Below, piece after piece: positions 17,239 through 25,987 of a stretch of DNA of 64,000 nt; position 1 is the first letter of the stretch, and each line of letters begins with the position of its first letter. Under the pieces are notes generated by a model, which saw only the letters and a list, made by a program, of their open reading frames with translations, did no database searches and was not told where the DNA came from. The stretch is from positions 1-64,000 of the IMG/VR virus record IMGVR_UViG_3300038441_001119. One strand, given 5' to 3'. Both the position numbers and the translations under genes were made by a program.

Positions 17239-17385
17239 TCAGATGACTAGGTTCAATGCTTTCATCAACCCTAGGAAAATAACCAGAGTTATGAAGAAAC
17301 CGACAAACCGGAAAATCATACCGAGGGGCAGCCAATCCGGGGCTGCTTCCTCCCACTCATTGAGTTTGTTAAAAAAGTTTTTCAT
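17239..17385 (-). CDS. 48-aa membrane peptide
   Basis: Start MKNFF; one TM helix. Confidence 0.55.
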   Translation of the reverse strand: MKNFFNKLNEWEEAAPDWLPLGMIFRFVGFFITLVIFLGLMKALNLVI

Positions 17386-17438
17386 GTTATGAGCTAGTTC
17401 GTGTGTGTTGATTTTGTGCGTAGGGGAGTAGTCTCCTC

Positions 17439-17454
17439 CAAGTTTATATAGCAC
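17439..17454 (-). promoter_or_regulatory. Phage promoter motif GTGCTATATAAACTTG
   Basis: Motif copy after a terminator. Confidence 0.75.
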
Positions 17455-17456
17455 AT

Positions 17457-17500
17457 AAAAAAGAAATACTGCCCTCCACCAGTCAAGGCAGAGGGCAGTA
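17457..17500 (-). terminator. Intrinsic terminator
   Basis: Stem TACTGCCCTC/GAGGGCAGTA plus T-tract. Confidence 0.7.
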
Positions 17501-17503
17501 AGA

Positions 17504-17713
17504 TCACGTGAGCTGATTGGACCAGCGGGAGCGGAGTTGTCGTCTGATTTTGTTGCGAGTCGAGTGGATTCGACGTAACACTATGGGGTTATTGATGATG
17601 GGGCGAGGGCCTGTCGGCATCATTTCAACCTCAGCAAGCATGGCAGCCATGGATTCATAGCTGCGACCTACTTTGGTGAACCGACACTGTCTTGTAATGG
17701 AGAATCTTGCCAT
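17504..17713 (-). CDS. Small Arg-rich hypothetical protein
   Basis: 69-aa ORF. Confidence 0.55.
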   Translation of the reverse strand: MARFSITRQCRFTKVGRSYESMAAMLAEVEMMPTGPRPIINNPIVLRRIHSTRNKIRRQLRSRWSNQLT

Positions 17714-17761
17714 GTGTATGATAAAAGAAAACCCACCCTGTTGCTAGCAGGGTGGGTAGGA

Positions 17762-17980
17762 TTATTCGAAATAGTCGTAGGGCGGATGACCAGTAAACTG
17801 CTCAGTCGCACACCACGTTATCTCGACCGCGTAGCCGATACCGAAATTATTTATATGTCCGTAAAACAATCCGGCAGGTGTTTCCGCCAGCCAGTTGTAT
17901 GCGTCTATACAAGCGAAATCAGTCATCTCGCTACCACCGGGTATGTATTCCTGTACTGCTTCGATATATGTTGTTGCCAT
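17762..17980 (-). CDS. Small acidic hypothetical protein
   Basis: 72-aa ORF. Confidence 0.55.
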   Translation of the reverse strand: MATTYIEAVQEYIPGGSEMTDFACIDAYNWLAETPAGLFYGHINNFGIGYAVEITWCATEQFTGHPPYDYFE

Positions 17981-18021
17981 AGAGTAGGTTGATTTAGTTC
18001 TCTAGACACAACAACATGCTT

Positions 18022-18267
18022 TTACTCAGCAGACCAGCCGTACTGGATTTGTGTATTGGCGTATACGCCTCCGACGATGATCTCCTCGTACCACCACTCG
18101 GGGTAACCCCCGTTGGCACGCTTGACCATATCACAGTGCTCGTTCCACATGTCCGACGAATTGGATGAGGACATGAGGTGCTTCACATCTTTGACGGTCG
18201 TAAGGTCGAGGGACTCGACTGACTTGGCTTCGTTTTGTTCTTGGTTTTGTTCCGGTTTGTCTTGCAT
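18022..18267 (-). CDS. Hypothetical protein
   Basis: 81 aa; W-x3-C-x2-VK-x-ANGGYP-x-WW motif. Confidence 0.65.
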   Translation of the reverse strand: MQDKPEQNQEQNEAKSVESLDLTTVKDVKHLMSSSNSSDMWNEHCDMVKRANGGYPEWWYEEIIVGGVYANTQIQYGWSAE

Positions 18268-18282
18268 GGTGAGAGAGGGGTG

Positions 18283-18308
18283 AGCGGGGTTACCTCGGTA
18301 ACCCCGCT
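18283..18308 (-). terminator. Putative terminator
   Basis: 11-bp stem AGCGGGGTTAC/GTAACCCCGCT. Confidence 0.6.
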
Positions 18309-18313
18309 ATAGA

Positions 18314-19066
18314 CTACGATGGGAGGATCAGGTCGTCCTGATGTCCTCCGGGACCGTGGATCTTTCCACAACCCGGACATGGTTTTCCGGGAGCAAACAG
18401 ATCCGCCAGTTCTTCAATACTGTCAACCGAGATGACCTTCACATCCGCAATGACGGCACCTTTCGATTGTGACATGGTGCGGGTGATCTGGTCATGCATG
18501 ACGACCTTTGCCTGACGCAGACCGATCTCGACGATGTCATTCGAAATAGGTCTCGCCTTGGCCAAACGTTGGTGCAGCTCCAGCAAACGATGCATGGCGT
18601 TATCCATGACAACATCTTCCGGTGTACCCACTGACGCCTCGGCGGTTGCTGCGGCGGCGAGGGCTGGGAAGAGTTCCGCTGTTTCCGGGTACATTGCCGC
18701 CAGCATCTTGCGATACTTGGTGGACGTGTGGAGGATCTCCATGGAAGTGATTGCCTTGAAATCGTGCAGCCACTCTTCTGGAACCTCAAACTCCCAGTTC
18801 ACGACTTCAGGGATATTCTTGTCAGTGGTACCTGACACGAGACCCTTCATCGCTGCGATCTTACCGTTTTCCGCTGCGAACTGTTCGCTACCCATGGGAC
18901 CGGTAACGGTGGAGATCCAGATGCGGTCTTTCGGCTTCTCGTCGAAATACATCAGTGGGCCGTGACCGTTCAGGAAGTTCGGGATGTCCTCCGCTTTTAC
19001 TCCCAACATTGGGACAAGGAGGAAGGCCGCGGAACTGATTTTCTGAAGACTAGTGCTTGCGGACAT
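18314..19066 (-). CDS. Hypothetical protein with C-terminal CPGC-x3-H motif
   Basis: 250-aa ORF. Confidence 0.7.
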   Translation of the reverse strand: MSASTSLQKISSAAFLLVPMLGVKAEDIPNFLNGHGPLMYFDEKPKDRIWISTVTGPMGSEQFAAENGKIAAMKGLVSGTTDKNIPEVVNWEFEVPEEWLHDFKAITSMEILHTSTKYRKMLAAMYPETAELFPALAAAATAEASVGTPEDVVMDNAMHRLLELHQRLAKARPISNDIVEIGLRQAKVVMHDQITRTMSQSKGAVIADVKVISVDSIEELADLFAPGKPCPGCGKIHGPGGHQDDLILPS

Positions 19067-19328
19067 GATTTGTGCGGGGTTCGAGTTTGCTCAAAACAAA
19101 GGCATCGTACATATACAGGGACGCAGCTATAGCAAGCAGTATCCCAGCATAGGCAATGCATTTCGCGGATGTCAGGTCGGGTGCTCTCCAGCTGGAATCC
19201 AGCATGGAATACACTGCATAAGACAGTCCGAGTAGTAGGATGAGGAAGGACGCGATCATTGTCGACATGCGTACGACATAGATGCGTTTGTCTCCCATGT
19301 TATCAGTCGTTCTTTTCCGATTTGCCAT
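19050..19328 (-). CDS. Small membrane protein
   Basis: Two TM helices. Confidence 0.6.
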   Translation of the reverse strand: MANRKRTTDNMGDKRIYVVRMSTMIASFLILLLGLSYAVYSMLDSSWRAPDLTSAKCIAYAGILLAIAASLYMYDAFVLSKLEPRTNHVRKH

Positions 19329-19351
19329 GGCGTGTGTGCTTTGTGTGTTAT

Positions 19352-20011
19352 TTAGAAACCGCGGTCATTGTCTTTCTTGATAATGCCGCTTTTTACCATG
19401 AGGTAGAACCTTTCGGTCATTACGCCCATGCATTTGTGGTTGGTGTCTGCCGTGTTTTCAAGGACGCCCTTTTTGCACCAAGTGACGATGGGCAGGTTTG
19501 TATTTCTCCTGATCCACATTGGGCCGTCACAATCAGGACACTCCACATCGCCATCCTTGACCTCTCCTTCCAGATCCGGTCGGCGTGACAGCGGTAGGTG
19601 CCATTTGCTGCATACAGGGCATTCCTTGTCTTTCCCCGAGCATGTCCCGCAGGTAGTCTTAGCCACCTCGTGGGACATACCAGTCAACTTAGCTAGGAAG
19701 AACAGAGAATCAGAGGTCAGCTTGGAATGCTTGAATCTCTCATTTTCATACTCTTCCTCCATTATCGCAAGCCTTGCCAGCCTCTCTTCCCTTATTCGTC
19801 TGGCTTGCGCCCGGATGGACGCCATCATCAGCACAGCGCCGAGGATAGTACCCACCATGTAGGAAGACGATAGGACCGTGTAGACATTAACTTTGTCCTT
19901 GGGGATCTTGTGATCATACGATGCCTTGTATCGAATGGCTCCAATACAGCACATGGTTCCAAGGATAACAGACAGTATACCGGAGAATAGGAGGCGTTGT
20001 TCTTTGCGCAT
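19352..20011 (-). CDS. Membrane protein with C-terminal Cys-rich zinc ribbons
   Basis: Two TM helices; CGTC, CPVC, CPDC. Confidence 0.65.
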   Translation of the reverse strand: MRKEQRLLFSGILSVILGTMCCIGAIRYKASYDHKIPKDKVNVYTVLSSSYMVGTILGAVLMMASIRAQARRIREERLARLAIMEEEYENERFKHSKLTSDSLFFLAKLTGMSHEVAKTTCGTCSGKDKECPVCSKWHLPLSRRPDLEGEVKDGDVECPDCDGPMWIRRNTNLPIVTWCKKGVLENTADTNHKCMGVMTERFYLMVKSGIIKKDNDRGF

Positions 20012-20209
20012 TTAAGTTAATTGGATTTCAGGGGGTTCTTCTGGTGGAGGTGCGTGAGCCTCAAACCATGCGTCGAACTCGTTTCGCGTTGTCCACGAGA
20101 CGAGTTCGTTGTCTTTCAACATCTGAGCGTACCATTTTTCAAAGGACGCGCTGTTGACGACAGTAGCTGCGCCTCCAGCATTGAAGGCGGCGAGTAATAA
20201 TGCTTTCAC
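20012..20209 (-). CDS. Hypothetical protein
   Basis: 65-aa ORF in operon. Confidence 0.55.
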   Translation of the reverse strand: MKALLLAAFNAGGAATVVNSASFEKWYAQMLKDNELVSWTTRNEFDAWFEAHAPPPEEPPEIQLT

Positions 20210-20736
20210 TTCTTGGGAGGTCCGAGAGTCTTGTCCACGTAAGCCTTGAAGTCATCCGGGATAGGGACCTCCATGATCTTCGCCTGCTTGAGCAGATGAG
20301 GATTGTAGTCACGAGTTGTCACCGTCGTGGTGGTGATAATAACTTTGCAATCCCCTAGCCACGAGAAGATGGCGCTTTTACCTGATTCGAAGATATCCAG
20401 TTCACCGAAGCCTCCACGACCTTTGGGGAGCTTCTTGAGGAAGTCCACAGCCTCTTGAGAGATCTGCAGCTTCTCCATCTCCGTCACGAAGCCGATGTTA
20501 CCTTTATTGGCAGGGCTGGCCAAAACTCCATCAGCTTTGTAATCCGAAATGATGCCTACATGTCCCCGATAGTAGAAACACTGAGTCACCTTTGGGGTAG
20601 CTTCAGCTGTGTCCTTCTTGTCTTCCTTCGGTGTGGTCGCCTTCATCTTTGCCCTCGGCTTGACTGGGGTTTCCTTCTTTTTCTGGCCGGTCTTCTGCGC
20701 CGCCTGCTTCGTTTGCTTTGGTTTCGTTTGAGACAT
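20206..20736 (-). CDS. Hypothetical protein with Lys-rich N-terminus
   Basis: 176-aa ORF. Confidence 0.7.
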   Translation of the reverse strand: MSQTKPKQTKQAAQKTGQKKKETPVKPRAKMKATTPKEDKKDTAEATPKVTQCFYYRGHVGIISDYKADGVLASPANKGNIGFVTEMEKLQISQEAVDFLKKLPKGRGGFGELDIFESGKSAIFSWLGDCKVIITTTTVTTRDYNPHLLKQAKIMEVPIPDDFKAYVDKTLGPPKK

Positions 20737-21088
20737 GTACTGGTTTTCGTGCTGGAGGTGTGTACTCTGGTGTATGTCTTGCGAACGCGGCCTGCGCGTC
20801 TTGTTGCCATTCCGGCGAAAACAGCATGGCGCCTATAGCATCTCCGATGTGGTATGTGATCTGACGGTATTGCTCCCGGTCAACATAGAACGCAGGTCCT
20901 TTCTGCCCATTGGAGCGGCTTTTCTCCAAGGCGAACAGGAAGTCCGTGTAGCTCATGTTCCAATCATCATCAATGTCTGCCTGAGTCTTCATTATCAGAA
21001 GAGCAAGACTTTCCTTGGTCTCGTTCTTCAGTTTGCTGTTATGTGGGAACGACACAAAGTCGCTGGGTCGCAGTTCTTTTACGGGCAT
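20603..21088 (-). CDS. Hypothetical protein
   Basis: 161-aa ORF; 3' end overlaps the next gene. Confidence 0.55.
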   Translation of the reverse strand: MPVKELRPSDFVSFPHNSKLKNETKESLALLIMKTQADIDDDWNMSYTDFLFALEKSRSNGQKGPAFYVDREQYRQITYHIGDAIGAMLFSPEWQQDAQAAFARHTPEYTPPARKPVHVSNETKANEAGGAEDRPEKEGNPSQAEGKDEGDHTEGRQEGHS

Positions 21089-21393
21089 GGTGGAACTTGT
21101 TCGGGTGGGATGTAGTAATAGTTATCCGTAACATGCCCCAGTTGGAGCCTGCTAGGAGTGGCGTACCTGTGGTACTTCTCAAAACGGAAGTCGTGGTTGT
21201 AATGAGCATCTTCAGGAGGAGTCTCCAGAAGCTTGATCATGTACTCGGGATTGAACTTGAAACGAAAGATGGCTCCTTCTTTCAGATGTTCAAACTGAAC
21301 CAGTATTCCTATCCCATCCGAAACTTTGCCGAAGTTCCTACGCCTTCGTGCCCGTTTCAGCTTTTCCGGTGTATCAACAGTATCGAGGGACAT
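21079..21393 (-). CDS. Hypothetical protein
   Basis: First gene after promoter 21426. Confidence 0.6.
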   Translation of the reverse strand: MSLDTVDTPEKLKRARRRRNFGKVSDGIGILVQFEHLKEGAIFRFKFNPEYMIKLLETPPEDAHYNHDFRFEKYHRYATPSRLQLGHVTDNYYYIPPEQVPPCP

Positions 21394-21425
21394 GGTGTGC
21401 GTATTTCATGAGGACGTAATACCCT

Positions 21426-21441
21426 CAAGATTATATAACAC
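21426..21441 (-). promoter_or_regulatory. Phage promoter motif GTGTTATATAATCTTG
   Basis: Motif copy. Confidence 0.75.
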
Positions 21442-21444
21442 ATA

Positions 21445-21915
21445 TCAGCCTCTCTTATCATCAGGGAACATAGCATGAAGGATCACATCGAGGATCCTTA
21501 GCTTGTTGTCCAGCTGGTAGTAATAGTACTCGGAGAACCTTCGTTTGATGATCTGCGGCAGTGTCAGCTTGAGAGAGGGCCACCGCCACCACATAGGAAT
21601 CGCCGATACCTTAAATGGATCGTTGCATCCCTGCACATGGTAGGTGTCTTTCCCAAGAGCACAACAAATGGAAACCATCAGGCTGTGCGCACAGTCATAG
21701 TACTTCTGCTGAGTGAACGAAATGATCAGCAGATTATCATCCCGGTTGATGTTCAAGATGTCCTCAGGTAGCTCCCATTTGTTGGCACGCAAGCGCAGGC
21801 CAACAAATATGTGCCCGAAGAGTTCTTGGAAGTCCGGGGTAAACAGAGAGAACAGCTTGTTCTTCTGATCGAGTGTGACGTTAATTGCTAGGTGGTTGTA
21901 TTTCGCTTTGGCCAT
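21445..21915 (-). CDS. Hypothetical protein
   Basis: 156-aa ORF after promoter 21947. Confidence 0.65.
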   Translation of the reverse strand: MAKAKYNHLAINVTLDQKNKLFSLFTPDFQELFGHIFVGLRLRANKWELPEDILNINRDDNLLIISFTQQKYYDCAHSLMVSICCALGKDTYHVQGCNDPFKVSAIPMWWRWPSLKLTLPQIIKRRFSEYYYYQLDNKLRILDVILHAMFPDDKRG

Positions 21916-21946
21916 AAAGATAAATAGTTTTGTGAGTTAATACCCA

Positions 21947-21962
21947 CAAAACTATATAACTC
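21947..21962 (-). promoter_or_regulatory. Phage promoter motif GAGTTATATAGTTTTG (variant)
   Basis: Motif copy. Confidence 0.6.
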
Positions 21963-21986
21963 CCACAGCTCGGCTATTGCTCGATT

Positions 21987-22253
21987 TTACTTCCTTGAGG
22001 CAGGAAGCTCCTGAGCCTTAAGCTCTTTCAAAACTCGCTTACTCTGTGCAACATTTAGGATCGCGCCCACCTTACGGTATTTACAGGCTAGTGCAGTGGC
22101 TTGCCGAACGCTAACAGAAACGTTCTCAGGGATCATCGCGAGGACGATCTCTTCTTGTCCATCATACACTACGACAGCACCATTGATCCCGTGTTCGAAG
22201 TTAACGCCGAGAGATGCCACCCGTTTGGCTTTGCGGTTCTTGGAGGTTGCCAT
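21987..22253 (-). CDS. Hypothetical protein
   Basis: 88-aa ORF divergent from the plus-strand cassette. Confidence 0.6.
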   Translation of the reverse strand: MATSKNRKAKRVASLGVNFEHGINGAVVVYDGQEEIVLAMIPENVSVSVRQATALACKYRKVGAILNVAQSKRVLKELKAQELPASRK

Positions 22254-22354
22254 TTCGGAGATAAGTGTAGCTGGTTCATTGCATAAAGGGAACTGGAATT
22301 AAATTGAAATTAGCACTTGCATACTGGTTGGTTAAAGGCCACCGTGAGCAGGTA

Positions 22355-22993
22355 ATGAATAACGAAGCACCTCGTCTGATCGCCGTTTCCGCTTTTGCGC
22401 AATCGGGTAAAGATACCTTCTATGAGTTCCTGAAACACCACGCACATGATGCTTGGGGTATGAAGGTTCACAAATGGAAATTCGCTGATGCACTCAGGCA
22501 ATCAGTCAGAGAGGAATGTCTGGAACTTGGTATTGATCCTTGGACCGAGCACCCTGATGAGAAGGAGATCATCCGCCCCATCCTTGTTCGTGTTGGTCAA
22601 GAAGCTCGTGCCAAGAACCCTGATCACTGGGTTGAGACCCTCCTTGCAAACAAGCTACCGTTGAATGGTATCGTCGTCATCACTGACATGCGTTACGTCA
22701 ATGAGCTACTCAAGGTGGAGGCTCAGAAAGATCCTGAGGACAAGTTCTATGTCTGGTTGGATCGCGAAGGGAAGGGTCCTGCCAACGATGAGGAGAAAGA
22801 GTATACTACTTTGCTGCGTGAAGAGCTGTTCAAATATGACAATGCTGTTCACTATGCATGGCTCAAGGACTTCGACAACCTCGCTTATGAGAACTGGGAT
22901 TCCGGTTCCAAGGCTGAGATCTACAAGGATCTGACTGAACAAGTCTTCAACCCTATTCAAGAATACTGGGGTCTTAAAATCGTTAAGCCATGA
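22355..22993 (+). CDS. Deoxynucleoside-monophosphate kinase family P-loop kinase
   Basis: P-loop AFAQSGKDT, KFADALR, EKEIIRPILVRVGQEARAKNPDHW, VVITDMRY. Confidence 0.75.
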   Translation: MNNEAPRLIAVSAFAQSGKDTFYEFLKHHAHDAWGMKVHKWKFADALRQSVREECLELGIDPWTEHPDEKEIIRPILVRVGQEARAKNPDHWVETLLANKLPLNGIVVITDMRYVNELLKVEAQKDPEDKFYVWLDREGKGPANDEEKEYTTLLREELFKYDNAVHYAWLKDFDNLAYENWDSGSKAEIYKDLTEQVFNPIQEYWGLKIVKP

Positions 22994-23187
22994 AAAAGCG
23001 ACCCACTCGTATTATAGAACACACTCGTCCTAGTGGTACACAGTACTACACGGTTCAATTCAAACGATTTGGCATCTGGTTTACTTATGACGACGAGTGG
23101 ACTGGGTCGTACACAACATTGGAAGACGCTAGAAAAGCTATATGCTGGTGCGATGGAACTAAATTTACAAAGAGAATAATAGAATGA
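22990..23187 (+). CDS. Hypothetical protein
   Basis: 65 aa; Y-x-VQ-x-KRFGIW motif; ATGA overlaps. Confidence 0.65.
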   Translation: MKKRPTRIIEHTRPSGTQYYTVQFKRFGIWFTYDDEWTGSYTTLEDARKAICWCDGTKFTKRIIE

Positions 23188-23432
23188 ACGACAACCCTGT
23201 CATACAGAACAAACAATGGCGCAAGCAACTCGACGACATCCTGCAGGAACTACAAACTCCTCTAGATGGACGTAAGAGTCGAAACCGTTCAATTGCTATC
23301 ACTCGCCTTGAGGACGTCATCATGCGACTTGGTCTTGATCTCAAGGAATTGAATGAAACCAATCCTTATCCCAATAGTAAGGATCCTACCAATGCTAAGA
23401 TCGAACCTACAGCAGATGGGCTAAAGTTTTAA
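23184..23432 (+). CDS. Acb2/Tad1-like helical-hairpin protein (candidate cyclic-nucleotide sponge)
   Basis: SRNRSIAITRLEDVIMRLG resembles the SRE-x3-A-x-T-x-LEEA-x-MW core of Tad1/Acb2-like proteins, as recalled. Confidence 0.55.
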   Translation: MNDNPVIQNKQWRKQLDDILQELQTPLDGRKSRNRSIAITRLEDVIMRLGLDLKELNETNPYPNSKDPTNAKIEPTADGLKF

Positions 23433-23447
23433 CACATAAAAGAATCA

Positions 23448-23477
23448 AAGAAGGGGACCCCGAAAGGTCCCCTTCTT
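23448..23477. terminator. Bidirectional terminator between convergent genes
   Basis: 12-bp stem AAGAAGGGGACC/GGTCCCCTTCTT. Confidence 0.75.
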
Positions 23478-23507
23478 CTTATCTATGCCAATGGACTAAC
23501 CCGGAAA

Positions 23508-24131
23508 TCAGTGTAAGTAAACCATAGGATCCTTGTGCAGAACCGTTGTAGTACCACGGTGACCGAAGTCATAGGCATTGACATTCTGCGACTCAGGCAT
23601 TGGTGTGTGGGCTGACCACGAGGTGAAGTACCAGTCACAGATGCCATGATTCGGCTTGAGGAAAGAACTGATACGCATATCAACGCGCAGCTTATATCCC
23701 TCCTTCAAGTGAATGTCCTGCTGTACCATCTCTTTCCAAATACGAGTATCTTCGAGCCATTTTCTGCGAACAACAATCTGTTGCGAAAATGACATTACTT
23801 TCCTGTAATTGGAAATAGTCACGACTATGGCGTCCCTCCCGGGTACGTCGACCAGATCGAAGCGAACGGTGTCGATATGCTTCATCCATTCGACCTCAAT
23901 TTGCGTCTTGAGGATATTGGCGATGCCCGTGACTGACTCGTCCTTCGGGAGGTTGTCCTTGAAGCTGCTGAGGTATGCTCCAATGAATTCCCGCAAGTAC
24001 TCTTCCTTCATGTTTTCAGGAAGAGTCTTGAAGTTCATCACTTCTGGAGTAGCCAGAGCAGCCACCACAGGAGGAGCGCAGGTAACAGCTGCGAGACCGA
24101 TAATGCCTTTGAAGAAATGCCTGCGTTTCAT
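23508..24131 (-). CDS. Hypothetical protein with Tat signal peptide
   Basis: N-terminus MKRRHFFKGIIGLAAVTCAPPVVAALA. Confidence 0.7.
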   Translation of the reverse strand: MKRRHFFKGIIGLAAVTCAPPVVAALATPEVMNFKTLPENMKEEYLREFIGAYLSSFKDNLPKDESVTGIANILKTQIEVEWMKHIDTVRFDLVDVPGRDAIVVTISNYRKVMSFSQQIVVRRKWLEDTRIWKEMVQQDIHLKEGYKLRVDMRISSFLKPNHGICDWYFTSWSAHTPMPESQNVNAYDFGHRGTTTVLHKDPMVYLH

Positions 24132-24787
24132 GCCATGAGATGAGGCCAGAGTTTGTAACCGTAGAACTGCTGCGCAGCGTAATGGATTTTGTCTGGGTCA
24201 ATGCTACCCATACTGCTCACCAGACCGCAGTTGCTACCTGTGTAAGAATTCTTACCAAAGTAGTATGCAGGTCTGAATGAGTAGGCGAGCGGACGGGTGT
24301 TGGGATTCTTTTCAGATTCGTAAACAGCTTTGACCAAACTCTTGTACACAACCGTATCTTTCAGCGCTTCAATGTTCGCACCGAGGATGATTATGTTGAA
24401 TTCAGGAGCAGCCGCGTTCTTGTGGTGCTCCATGGGTCGTGCCTGAATCCGGATAGAACTGAGGAGATCCGAAGTGGCCTCTTCCAGAACTATCGTCAAC
24501 ATGACATCCGACTCACCGTCCCACCAGTCCTTGCGGTACATAGGTGGTGCGGATTGTGGGTTGTCCAGCAACGAGAAATGTCTGGAAACAGGACCAGACT
24601 TGATACCCAGGACAGCATGATCCAAAGCCTGCACAAAGGCACGTAAAGCCTCCGCAGATTCTTCTCTGGTCATGTCCTCGAATTCCAGTACCTTTGTTTC
24701 CTCAGGTACCGTGATTACGGCAGCCGAAGCTGCCGTACAGAGGGTAGCAAATGCCGCTACTCCTCTGATGAAATCACGTCTTTTCAT
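24128..24787 (-). CDS. Hypothetical protein with Tat signal peptide
   Basis: N-terminus MKRRDFIRGVAAFATLCTAASAA. Confidence 0.7.
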   Translation of the reverse strand: MKRRDFIRGVAAFATLCTAASAAVITVPEETKVLEFEDMTREESAEALRAFVQALDHAVLGIKSGPVSRHFSLLDNPQSAPPMYRKDWWDGESDVMLTIVLEEATSDLLSSIRIQARPMEHHKNAAAPEFNIIILGANIEALKDTVVYKSLVKAVYESEKNPNTRPLAYSFRPAYYFGKNSYTGSNCGLVSSMGSIDPDKIHYAAQQFYGYKLWPHLMA

Positions 24788-24789
24788 GG

Positions 24790-25839
24790 TTACTCGGCGT
24801 TGAGGGGTACGAGGGCGGAGAAGATGATGACCTTGGTGAGGTTCATCGTCTGCTGCTTGTTGAGCTTGGTTCCCTTGAGGTCGATGGTGATCGAGGACTC
24901 GGTAACCGTCTCACCTTGGAACTTGTCAACGTAGTTCATCGTGCCGCCAAGAACCGAGATGTCAGGTGCCGTCGTAAAGAAAGCACTCTCGTCGTCGGCT
25001 TTGGCAAACGCATCGCTTTCAGTGGCAACAGGCTCATTGACCCGGATGTCAAAGTCGTAGTGACCTTTGCCGGTGACGTCCTTGTCCTCTGCGTCGATCC
25101 AACGGAGTGACCCGGAGATCTTGTCGGTGACATTCCTGTTATCCTTCTCCGTGTAGGTGATGGACAGGTTGTGGAAGTACCATGCCGAGCGGTCATAGTC
25201 GAACACCATCGCCCCGTTGACCGTGATCTCAGGGTAGATAGGCACAGGCCCCACAGGAATCACATGCTGGCGAAACTCCATCAGGTCGTAGTCCTTGACC
25301 GTGATCTTGGACTTGCCGCCCTTGAGGGTCAGTGCGTTCTTGGCTGTACGGACGAACCCCTTCGGTTTGTGCAGGGGCTTGCCCATCGTAATACCGTCGA
25401 ACTTCGCATCGATACCACGCGCATTACCCATCTGGTGGATGCCGATCTTCAGCTCGCCTGTGTTGTACCTGTAGGTACCATCCTGCTGAACGGGAACCTT
25501 GCCGAAGATCTTCCCGACGTTACGACGCTGGGTAGGATTGGCAGGGTTCATGACGTCGCACTCCATGTCGTAGCTGACAAACGCCGACTGCTTGACGGTG
25601 TTACCACCGATGCCTCCCATGATGAGAGGCATGAAGTAGACGTTGCCCTTGTAGCCGACGCTGTTGTTGACGTTCAGGTCCAGCATGTAGAAGTCACGGG
25701 TATTCTCCTTGTCCTTGTAGATGCGGCTGTTGTACTTGATGTCCAGCGTACCCTTGACGAATGTGGTTTCGACAGGGGTCTGAGAGTAGGCGGATGACGA
25801 GGCGAGCAGCATACAAGCTGCGAACAGTAGTTTCTTCAT
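24790..25839 (-). CDS. Secreted beta-rich protein (Sec signal peptide)
   Basis: MKKLLFAACMLLASSSAYS signal; start moved from the track. Confidence 0.75.
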   Translation of the reverse strand: MKKLLFAACMLLASSSAYSQTPVETTFVKGTLDIKYNSRIYKDKENTRDFYMLDLNVNNSVGYKGNVYFMPLIMGGIGGNTVKQSAFVSYDMECDVMNPANPTQRRNVGKIFGKVPVQQDGTYRYNTGELKIGIHQMGNARGIDAKFDGITMGKPLHKPKGFVRTAKNALTLKGGKSKITVKDYDLMEFRQHVIPVGPVPIYPEITVNGAMVFDYDRSAWYFHNLSITYTEKDNRNVTDKISGSLRWIDAEDKDVTGKGHYDFDIRVNEPVATESDAFAKADDESAFFTTAPDISVLGGTMNYVDKFQGETVTESSITIDLKGTKLNKQQTMNLTKVIIFSALVPLNAE

Positions 25840-25864
25840 GGTGATGTGGTAGGTGGGGAATTGG

Positions 25865-25987
25865 TTATTGGTTGATGTAAGACGGCGTGTAGCTTTCTTC
25901 GACTTCTTCAGTAGGGGCACTGAACATGAGAAGATAGACAACAGCCAACAACAGGAGGATGATACCTCCAATAATGCGGAATTTCAT
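25865..25987 (-). CDS. 40-aa single-pass membrane peptide (MKFRIIGGIILLLLAVVYLLMFSAPTEEVEESYTPSYINQ)
   Basis: ATGA overlap with the upstream stop; absent from the ORF track. Confidence 0.65.
   Translation of the reverse strand: MKFRIIGGIILLLLAVVYLLMFSAPTEEVEESYTPSYINQ

Noticed and set aside
16350-17454. ORF-track starts MLYTC (16392) and MLYKL (17454)
   Set aside because: The GTG lies inside the promoter motif GTGCTATATA; true starts are downstream
25840-25971. N-terminal extension of the secreted protein
   Set aside because: Occupied by a 40-aa membrane peptide in another frame; the signal peptide starts at 25839
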